Below, one piece after another: positions 31,333 to 42,500 of a stretch of 64,000 nt of DNA. The notes beneath the pieces are model-generated. The model did not search any database, had not been told where the DNA came from, and worked only from the letters and a program-made list of their open reading frames with translations. Source of the stretch: Zancudomyces culisetae HAW-14-8 (Eukaryota > Fungi > Kickxellomycota); contig JBNJNM010000006.1 of assembly GCA_052426225.1 (NCBI GenBank), forward strand, positions 992,001-1,056,000. The letters run 5' to 3'. Position 1 is the stretch's first letter. Every line of letters begins with the position of its first letter. Both the position numbers and the translations under genes were made by a program.

Positions 31333-32380
31333 TCATCGTTGCCTCCCGTGGATAAGCTTTGCTATCGATTTTGTTGCTTCCATACACGTATGGTCGCTGT
31401 GGTGGCAACGTTCCCCCGTATTCTACTTTTTTTCTCTTGAGTCTCTCCATTGCCACCAGTATTTTGGTCTTGTCACTAATTAGCTCCTTTGGCTGCAACT
31501 CATTGCTAATCTGCATAAGGTTGCTTTCCATTTTTTTTGCTACTTATCCATTTATCAAAATTATTAATCTATTTTTTTTTTCTTAATTGACTCATTCCAA
31601 TCATGAAAACCCCCTTAGTCAATATTCTGCAAACATTGTACACTTACCCAACATAATTTCTAATTCACCAGGTTCTTGTTCCTGTCTTTCTATCCTAAGC
31701 AGCTGTAGCTCTTCTATCGCCTTTATCAGTTTTTTATTTTCTTCCAAAAGTTCTCCCACTTTATCACTAATTACCTTTCTCTTTTTACTCGTGCTACCGT
31801 CTCCCTCGCCTCCCTTTCCCTTGTCTTCCCCCTTCTCCTTCTCTTTTTCCTTTTCTTCCTCCTCCCGCTTTTCCCTTTGGTGTTGTCTCTTAATGGCTGT
31901 CTTTACCCGCATCTCCTTCAGTTTCCGCAAATATCCCATTTCTCGCCGTTCTTCCTCAATTCCAAGTTGTGAATATCTGCTATCAATCTTTGGGCCATAT
32001 GATAAACCTTCATCGGTTTCCAACACTTTTGTCGTCTGATAATTACTATTTTCTGCTTTAGATTTTTCCAAGCCCCTGTTTTTGCCTCCACCTACTCTAT
32101 CGCTCTTTTGACCTTTTAGCTGCTCCTTTCGTTTGTTTATTAATCCTGTTATGTCCTTTTCGATCGCATCATGTATTACCAATACCTCTATTCCTGGTGC
32201 TGTTTTATTTTCATATTTTGTTATTTAGTCTGTTTTACGTGTTCTAGTAAAGATAAATTTTAATTATGTTTGTGACTTGCCTAGATTCTTTTTCAGCTTC
32301 TCTATTTGTTCCTCTGTAACCTCAGCAGTTCCTGAAAATAGGAATGCTGTCTTGCTTTTTAAGTACAATGCTACCTTCAT
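31301..32380 (-). CDS. Probable Rsc58/BRD7-like chromatin-remodeller subunit; at least 3 exons, 5' end unresolved
   Basis: Spliced text SYGPKIDSRYSQL and LLEENKKLIKAIEELQLLR...PGELEIMLAKKMESNLMQISNELQPKELIS resemble, from memory, the BRD7/9 DUF3512 and C-terminal motifs. Introns at about 31540-31647 and 32188-32280 (GC donor). Confidence 0.55.
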
Positions 32381-33383
32381 CTCGTTTAATTCAGTTGACC
32401 TAGTTATTTCAAATGTGGAGCTTGCTTTGCAAAATGAAAAACGCGAAATAATAATAAATCTTCATTTACACATTTTTCAGTTTTATTTCTGGTAATTTTA
32501 ATTTGGGGATAACCCTATTGGGTGATAGTTTCCAAATATGGTTGATGATTTATCATTAAGGCAATGGATTGCAGCAAATTTCCCAACTCTATCTCTTTAC
32601 CCGCCCGTCTATGGCAACAATATGAGTAGATAGCAGCTCAGCACCTATACTGTCAAACTGAAAATGATCTTGTTTTGTCTTTTTTGTTATAAAACCAAAG
32701 AGTCTACGTATGTGTGTTTGTATTTTTTAATTTATTGTACACGCATTATAATACACAGTATTGTTGGAAACCCTCCACCATAAACCCGTAACTTTAAATA
32801 TCGCAAGATTCTCATACCTGGTCATACTACCTCTGTAGTCGCTACACTCAGTTCAACACTATACGCCATCAATATATTGAACCGCCTCCTCCCCTCTCCC
32901 CCTTATCTCATTATCATTAATTTACAATTCGCCTCCATCTTTTCAACTAGAAATTTTGTACTGGACCCTGCTTATCTTCAAGCTGTAATAGCCTAACTCC
33001 TTTCTATCGCTCTACCTTTCTATACCTCTCTTTCTGCCATCCCCCCAATCCAATTAACCTGAATATATAATAGTAAATTTTCGCGGCAAATATATATATC
33101 TACTACCAATCACAATTGCATTACTTGCAACTATTTATACCATCAATTCTTGTTTGTTCATTTATTCCCAATAATTTCTTGTAACTGAAAATCGGTTTCC
33201 AGTATTAACACACTTTTGATATTACCCTTGGATATTTCATTTTCTAGCTTTTAAGTTTATTACATTCCAATCTCAATCGGAAAGAAAAAGCAGAAGAACT
33301 ACAAATATTTGCGGTATGAACTTTAAATAATAGGGAGACAGGACGATATAACAAACTAGTATAATTTAAATAGTGTAGGAACG

Positions 33384-36117
33384 ATGAAATTGATTCTTAG
33401 ACAAACCATAATCCTAGGCTCCACGATTCTTTTTTTCGTTTTGTTGGCTTACATTAAATACAGCTACAAACCAAGATTAAATATTGAATTTGAATGGCAG
33501 CATAAATATGTTAAACCCTCCGAATCCGTACATGAAAATTCCAGAAATGAAAATATCATCAACCAAGAGTTGTTTACAGATATCAAGTACTTGAATTCGG
33601 ATAAAAATGTCTTTGAAAATTGGATAGAACCAGTAAAATTCGATGCAATTAACACAACCACGGTTAATTGTTGTAAATCGCACGATTCGATGAAATTTAT
33701 TCCTGAAAACGCAGAAGGGAGCTGTGTTGGCGAAGACATTGGTAATGGATTGTATTATATTGCCAAGCACAGTCACTTTCTCCGAGAAAGCGATTTCCAA
33801 AAAGAATCAGGTATAGTTCCATTCTGTTTTTTTTTTCAATTTCTATTTAAAAAGCATCATAATTTTTCCTATCTGACACAGCTGATGAAATGACATAAAT
33901 TTAGGGCTGATAAAGGTGTTTAAGTTCAACATGGATACCAGCCCTAATGACGGCAATGACATCAGCGAAGAGATGGGTGAACACAAGAAAAGCATCAAAA
34001 AGCACTGGGAGTTTTTGTTTGCTGATAGAATACCCGGTGTGGTAATACACTCGCACTTGGACCGCACCAGGGACATTAAAAGAGCTGGTATCACAGGCAG
34101 CCGGAAACTGGGTTTTTTGTACTCGATTGTTGATAATAAAAACGAAACCATCAAATATTATATCCGCGTATACAACATGGAAACTCTTGTGTCCATGGTT
34201 CCGGAACAGGAATTCAAAGATATTACAAAGATTGAGGATGACCAAAACATCTCGGGGTCTTTTGTGAAGGATGATGGGGCTCAAAATATAAATAACGACA
34301 AGCGACTAAGAACGCTAGCGTTTGACAAAAATGTATGCATTTATAATCAAAAAATGCTGGATAAAGATAAAGATGACAAAAAGAATGAATCAGGCGGAGG
34401 AATATCAAACGCACTATTCTACGATTCACGATTCACAAGCTGCGTTGGTGAACGTAACCGTCGCTTTTTATATGTTGATTATGAGCTACCTGGAAGTCTA
34501 CCAGTGACCAAATTTAGCATCAGAAACGATATGGTTGTGTACATCCGGAATGAAGACGAGTACATGTTTCGAATGGCAAAAGTGGAAACAGATGAGAATT
34601 CTAAAAAAAAAGACACACAATCGCCAAGTGGAAATTTTGCATCAACAGCGAGCTTGAGTTCGAGTAGAGGTCCATTGTTGGATAGAAGATTGAGTCAAAT
34701 TTATCCACAATCTAACATCAACATAATGCGCAGCGGAAAGAAAATTCTAGAAGGCGACAAACAGAATGGGGAAAATGTTCGGATGGTAGATTTAATGGTT
34801 CCAGAGGGGTGGATTCAAGACAATAAATTTAAATTCAAGTTGACATTTATACAAAATCGGACTGTGGTATATGATAAACTAACAGGAAATAAACTTTTAC
34901 CGCCAATTCTGGAAAAGGAGAGTAGATCCAAAAAGAAAAACGGCGATTTACAGACGGATAAGGATTTTGATCTGGAGTCTGAATACAATTTTAATATAGA
35001 GGGGCAATGGGTTCTAAACAAAACGGCGCAATACTATTTAAGCGTCGGTCGAAATTACAACGGATTATCAGCTGGCGAGCTCAAACTAATTCAGAGACCA
35101 CCAGCAACACAACAAACTTCGAATACGCTAGCTATTTATTTCTATCTATCCAAAGTGCTGCTTACTGTTGATACTGTTGTTGATGGCAATGAGCGGACCG
35201 TACATCGACTAACTACAAAGCTTGTAGATAGCGACGTTGGGGTTAACGATTCGGAAATCACAAACATGGCTCTTGATGATTCAGGCAATCATTTGGTGTT
35301 GGTAAAAGCTAATGGAAATTTGATGGTCTATACCAGAACATTGTCCAGTACGAATCAAAGCCCAAATCCCGAACAAAAAAACACAAAAGAGAAGCTTCCC
35401 CACAATAAATTGGACTCATTAAACAATCTTCTAAACGCACATTCTCTGCTTATTCGCACTTCAAACACAACATTGTCTTCGCCGTCTCCGTACGAATGGG
35501 TTTTGTCAGCAGAATTGACGACAGTGAACGCTTCACCCCTATCACTATCCCTATCGTCTTCGCTATCCGACTATTACATTGAAAACCCCGACTATGTCTC
35601 ACCTTTTGATTCTGACTTCATATTTCCTAATGCCCACCTTCTTTCTTCAGTTCAACAACAACAGTCAAACATTAGAGCGATGGGAACCTTATCTCCAAAC
35701 TATGGCACCTTCTTCAACTATTTTATCGCACTGAGGGTTGTTACATACAAACAACCAGTCGCCAACACGCCACCAATGTCAAATTCTCCCTCAGAGTTTG
35801 CCTACACCACAAAAATATATGGCCTCAAGTTTGATGGCACCCTGGTTAGTTATAAATTAACTAAAACAAATACCGACTCCACCCCTAAAACTGCAGCCAC
35901 TCATGATAACAACGATAAGAGTAGAGGTAAGAATGATGATGCTCCGATCTTTACATTAATTCCACCATTCTTTTCATCACTTGCCTTATCGTTGGTGAGC
36001 CGTGTTTCCACAATGCAGTTTACATGGTTCTATACGTTTTTGTATGATAACTTGGAATTGGTTGTTGTTTTCGCATTTGCTACGTGCTGGTTTTTGATAT
36101 ACGAGTCAAAAGTTTAG
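33384..36117 (+). CDS. Uncharacterised membrane protein with N- and C-terminal TM segments; intron 33811-33904
   Basis: ORFs 33384-33893 and 33916-36117 join in phase across a GTATAG...TTAG intron. Confidence 0.75.
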
Positions 36118-36185
36118 ATTTATTTTATTTAATTTTATTTAATTTTATTTAATTTTATTTAATTCAGTTTAGTTTAGTTTAGTTT
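36118..36185. repeat. Micro/minisatellite (ATTTTATTTA)n followed by (AGTTT)n
   Basis: Visible tandem repeats immediately after the stop codon. Confidence 0.85.
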
Positions 36186-36801
36186 CATCTACTATGAATA
36201 AGTATATTCCGCACTATCATCAGTATTTCTTTTTTATTTACAACCCTACAAACCAAGCTAGGCAAGTGCCTTAAGGGTTAGCAGTCTCAAGTCCAAGACT
36301 AAGTATGTACTGCATACACTGCCAACTCTTAATTTTTTTCACTCGCTTATTTGCCGACTCTTGGCGTCCGTTCACCAGCAAATATCTGCAATATCCGGGA
36401 TTGAAATTCCACCAAATCATTATGCTGGCTTATGTCAACTTTTTTTTTCAGTGCCTTTTGGGGATTAACTTTGTGAGCTAATTAAAAGCTCCACACTTCG
36501 GCTATTTTTGGCACCTCTTGCCAATTCTACAAACCCTTATTGAATTAGTATAATATCTGGTTTTGAGTATGCTGCTTTACTGATTGGTGGAATCATCGCT
36601 TTATTTGCACTAATACTATTTTATAATCTCAGCCATAAAAAGTTTAGTCCTATTTTCAAAGTCGGCTTATAATAAAGTGCTATATTGCAAAGGGTTAAAC
36701 CGACGGGTATATTAGTAATCTGATAATAAAAAAAATACTTTCTACACTACTGAAAAGATTCATTTGAATATAATCGCAGAGGAACAAAAAAAAATAACGA
36801 T

Positions 36802-38386
36802 ATGGATCAATTAAGCAAATATACCAGCGGATTTACTAGAAGTCTCAGTCCTTATACAGCGAAGATTGAGTCTGGTTATACGCATTTCCGACAGGTAATT
36901 TTTGGGTACCATATACTTTGTCATTATTTATTTTTTCATTTTATTTTGACTAGATCAAAGCTTCACTATACTTCTATATGTATTTTTTGCTTGTTTGCAC
37001 AAATAGTATGCGAATGAGAGCATTAGGGGCGTCACACCAATTACTGAGCCCCCTAGCGAATATTTGGCTCTGGAATCGGTAAGCTATATCTCTTCGAATT
37101 TAGGCCTACACATTCACTATATCACTCGATTACAACTCAACTTTTTGGCTAGCAAATTTTGAAAGTGAGATATTAAACATATGTAACTGTTCAATAGCGA
37201 CTGAATGCATTCCACACTGTTTATGTGAAATTGCACGAATATATACTTGAATATTCAAGCATCAACAATACCGAACTGTCAATGTTTCAAAGTCAACTTA
37301 AAAGCTTAAGCTTTAAACTGGATAATACCATGTTCAACTTCACCAACAGACACCTCCCGAATGATCTGCTCGACCCACATAGAAGGAAGGCCGCTGAGGA
37401 AATAACCATGGACTACGAGGGTAAAAAAGAAAGTACCACTTTGGGAAAACTTTCGAAAAATTGTATTACTAATGCCGAAACTCTTGGTCGTGATGGACCT
37501 ATTGGTAAGTTTCAATCTTGTTTTATATTTCATTTGCTTGTATTTATTATATCATTGTTAAAAGCGTTGATTTGTTATTTATTAATACTTTAGGTAGTGG
37601 ATTATCAAAATTTGGCAAGTTGCAGGCTGATATAAACGATAGCTATATAAAAATGGTAATAATTAGTTATTTTTTATCTATCGTACTGTTTGGTATAAAT
37701 GATTTTTAATATTGTATCTTGTTTTGAGAACTGCTGTTATAAATTTGAGCTATATAGTTTAGTAAACTAAATCCAACCAAACCAAACAAAATAGGTGACG
37801 GAAATACAGATAAATGTTCTTCCCCTGCTAAGAGATGAAAATGCTGATGCTGTTGAAGCGGCAATCAAATCATGCAAGGATGTAAAATCTGCACGGCTGT
37901 CACTGGACTCACTTAAACGTTCGTTGAGTGGTGCCAAGCCTGAAAAAGTTGCAAGGGTAAGCGTTTAATGTCCATACTCTTTTTTTTTTTCTAGAATTAA
38001 ATGTGATGAATTTTATAACTTGAGAAAACATAATGGATTTTAGATTCAACAGAGTATCGAAACAGCCGAAGACGACTTTGTTAGTAAAGTTGGAGACTCG
38101 ATGGATAAGATGAAAAAGACGTTGGACTCGGTAAGTTTTGCTCATTATTTTAGTTATTTTTGCCTTTTACCTTTTTTTGTTGTTGTTTTTTTTTGTTTAT
38201 GATGTCAGGTAGCAAGGTTAAACAGTATGATTAAATTGAAACATATAGCCAAATATTATCAATGCACTCTCAATTTTTGTCAAGGCACAACAAGAGTTTT
38301 ATCAGAAGGCTAGCCAACTTGTTCAAAGTACAGAAAAGGAGCTTGAAGAGATCAAGGTCACTCAAGAGACTTTGGCGGGGCAGTAG
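36802..38386 (+). CDS. BAR-domain protein, Gvp36/endophilin-like; 7 exons
   Basis: Spliced text ITEPPSEYLALE..., STTLGKLSK...GPIGSGLSKFG, KDVKSARLSLDSLK, ETAEDDFVSKV, IFVKAQQEFYQKA; six GT-AG introns. Confidence 0.8.
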
Positions 38387-39550
38387 ATATGAAAAAATGC
38401 AGTTTTATAGCGTTTTTTTTGTTTTTTATTTTTTTTGGATAGCTACACTATTTATTTTAGTTGTTTATACTTCCAAGTAGGAAATGTACATAGTTTTTTT
38501 TTATACATTACTGGGCTTGGTTTAGCTTTGATTGTGTGGAATAAAATGTGGATGAGAAAAACGGGAATATCAGTTGTATGATGGAATGATGAAGAATGTA
38601 TACTCCTAGATGAGATGATCCTATATTTAACAAGCTCGAGGTTGTTAAATAAATACTCACGGCATTTCATATCTTTATAAGGAAATTTAAAGTAAAAGCA
38701 AATAATAAAGCACGGCAATGCAAATATTGTTGTTTATTAGTCTCGGGATGGTTTGCTGAAACACAAGATATCACTCGAGATAAACTGTGCTAATACTGTG
38801 TGAAGAATATAAATTGTTTAATTTTCTAGGTCTGTCATTCACATGTGAACTATACCCAACACCAAACAATATTTAATGCATTAAAGACGCACAATAGCGC
38901 GAAAAAGGCACTTTTTGTAAGCACTCTGGCATAATCACACTTGAAGCGAATAGAATTGGCCCTAGAGAGAAGGTAGAAATAAAGAAAACGAGATATTCTA
39001 CCCAATGCTGGGTTCATGATGAAAGGGTTAACTGTTAATTCCATATTGTATTGGATCACAGGTGATGAGGAGAGAGTGTAATGTTTTGGATAGCATTCAC
39101 ACTAGAATTCCTTTTCTGTTTCCTAGCTTTTAATTTTGCTCTGGGAACAAAGGTCCAAAAACTTTTTACGTAGAGCATATATGGATGTATATTTATTGAA
39201 CTTGTTTAAAAGGTTCTTTTTCAGTCATTCAGATATATTAGAACCTCTTAAGGCTTAATTGCAAAACCAACTCGTCGATTTTTCAAGAAAGAAAGATATA
39301 AATAAAACCACTTTAATACATCACCGAGTAAGATACTAGCAAGAGTTGGTTTTAAGGTTTCTCATTACTAGGGTCACGTTTTATTTTTTGAGCACAATTT
39401 AAAAAGTCAGGTAGAACATAGCAAACCACCAGTAAACTAGAAGAAAAACAGGACCAGAAACCAGCCAATATACATCCCAAAACGTAATACACCTCAAAAC
39501 AACATAATTAGCAACCACCAAATTTCGGAGTTTAGAGTTTGTGACAAGAA

Positions 39551-42500
39551 ATGCCACGGCTAATCGGTAGAAAAAAGAGACGAGGAAGTATGAACCTCGC
39601 TAAAAATGTGCTGATAGATTTCGGAACAGACAAAAATACAGATTCAAACGTCAACACAAACTTGTCTAGTACTGTAAACACCAAAGCCAGTACCGAGACT
39701 AACACGAATACAGGCACGAATACAAATACAAATAATAAATCCTACTCTCTTACGATTGAAAACAGTAGCGAGGCGAATATTCTTTATTGTGACAAGGCCA
39801 AAAACTCCAATTTAAATAATAAAGGCAATAAAGCTCGTGACAATACTCAGTATCCTGTGGTATATAACAAACGTGTGCACAGTAAAAACAATCAGTTAGA
39901 GAATTTACAGACACAACCAGACATAGATGGTGGTGTAGATTTTAGTGCACATTCAGACCTGGCTAAAAATCTGAAATTGAACTTAGATTTAAGTGCGAGT
40001 CTAAATCAGCCGATTATCACAGATTCACAAGAAGCGACAAGCGTAAAATCACAAAGCGGGGGGATATTGTTTAATATCGCTAGTGTATCCACCGATTTCA
40101 GCAATCCTAGCAGTAAAACCAGCATAAAAGATAACGAAAAGATATACAACAGCTCTAGTGAACAGGTTGTGGTGAAATTTAGAAATAGTCAAACCATACC
40201 AGAGCTGTCGTTTACTGAGAGCAGCAGCATTGATGCGAATAACAATGCTTTGTCTGATCGAGGCATCGAATGTAGCAACAATACCAGCGAGAAAATAAGC
40301 ACAAGTAGTTCAGCTACCACAAATGCAACATTGAAAATGATACAGCCTGGAAATGGAAATGCTGGTAATGAAGGTGTGTGTGCTCAGGAAGGCAAGGTGC
40401 AGGAAAATCAGCAGCATACGGAAGAACGACCAGAAGAAACAAGTAGGATTGGAGAGCCAAGTTTGGATCAAGATACCGAAGGTAACACTGGCATCATGAT
40501 CGGCAAAGGTAAGAATCAGAAGAATAAAACAAAAAAGGAGAATAAAACGCCAGTGTATAGCTTTAAACGATGGATTTGGGGTAGTAACAGTGAAGGTAGC
40601 AGTAATATTAGCAGTCCTCAGAAGGAAAAAGCCATAAATATTTTTAAAAGGCAAAAATTATCTGTTGAAGCACAGGAGACCACAATAGAGCGACAGGACT
40701 CCGTGGATATCCCCAGTAGTTGTGGTACTGAAATGAGCATTGCTAACAGGGGTCCATCTGATAATAGCAATAATGAAGAGGCAGTAGTTGATGCAATAAA
40801 AGATACCGGGGAGGAGGTTGACACCAGCAAGAGTATTACTAATATTGCACAACAAGGGACTCAGGGCCTACTAGAAATAGAAGAGAATCACGAGCGAGAG
40901 CATAAACAAGAGCAAGAAAAGCAAAAGATTAATAATTCTAGTGGGTCAGGTGACTTCATTTTAAACCAAAACGACAAAGGAAAAACTAAAGAAGGGGTGG
41001 AAGGGGCGGAAAAAATAAACAAAACTGCGTCGGAAAAAAGTATAGGGATAAAAGAGTTGGTAGAGGTAGAAACCAAGGCAATTCAAATGGAAGAACAAGT
41101 AACGAATACTGATAGTCGCAACAACAGTATTAGCTATAGCGTAAATGAGCGTGGTGGAGCTAGAGATAATGAGGGAGAACATGGAAACGAAATAGGAGAG
41201 GGAAGTGGGAGTGAGTTTGAGTTTGAGAGACGAAGTAAGTATAGGAGCACAACCAAGTGGATATGGTGGAAAAGCAAAAAAGAGGACCAGAAAGTAGAAA
41301 CTGAACAGTATGATTATGAGCAAGGACGGCAGGAAGTGGAAGAAGAGAAACATGGTCAACAGATAAAAGTAGGTACAAAAAGGCAGCTAGGCATCAAACA
41401 GACAGTAGTGAGGATTCACGATGGAGCAGAGACGAACAATAACGAGCAAGGGTCACTAGAGGAGCACAATAAAACTGAAGGAGAAGCTTTAAAAGTAAAA
41501 GATACTGGTGATGTCGATGATGGTGATATAAAAATGATGGTAGATAGGGAGGAGGTACAGGATCAAGGAAAAGAACGTGAGTCTGTGCTTGAAAACACAG
41601 TGGACAAACCTCAAGACCAAGAGCAACAGCAACAGCAACAGCAACAACAAGACCAAGTACAAGACCAAAATCAAGGGCAAGACCAAGATCAAGGGCAAGA
41701 GAAAGAGAAAGAGAAAGAGAAAGAGCAACAACAAGACCAGGAGCAAGGACAAGAGATAGGGCAAGGGCAAGAACAGGGGAAAGAGCAACAAAAAGAACAA
41801 GTACAAGAACTAGTACAAGAACAAGAGCGCAAGCTCGAAAAAGGAAATAAACATGGAAAAGAAAAAGAAAAAGAAAGCCGTGATTATAAGGTTGGGTGGA
41901 GAGAATATATATCAAGTTTTTATTACAGCAGCGAAAAAGTTGAAAAAAGTATAGATATACAAGAACGGGAAGCAGGACAAAAAAACAAAGCTGGATCTAC
42001 AATTGAGAAAAGGCAAGAGAAGCAATCGGAACGAGACGGGAAAGGAGGCGAAGCAAGCGAAAATAAGCTAGGAATGAAGAGTATAGTAGAGCCAAAGTTG
42101 GAGTACAGACGATACCGTAATGAGGCGGGTACATCGATAATGGGCAGCTTGTGGCGAAGGAGGAATAGGAGTAGGAGTAGGAGTAGGAATAGGGGTAGGA
42201 ATAGTAATAAGGATAAGAATAGGAAAATGAGCAGAGATATGGGTGTGGACGAAAGTAGGGATACGACAGAAATAGATGAAACAACCGCGCTTTTAAGCAG
42301 CACGGATATAAATAGTGAAGATCGTGCTGGATTTGGTGCGATGGACGAATTTAGAAGCAAAGAAAACCAAAAGATACACAACACGGTGGTGGGGATGAAG
42401 AAAATTGTGATTTTGGGGGTGCACGGTTGGTTTCCCAACAAAATAGTTCAGTTTGTTGCAGGCGAGCCTACAGGAAAATCAGAAAGGTTTTGTGGGCGGA

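Noticed and set aside
38161-38170. TGCCTTTTAC resembling the U5 snRNA loop I
   Set aside because: Lies in a T-rich intron with no flanking stem.
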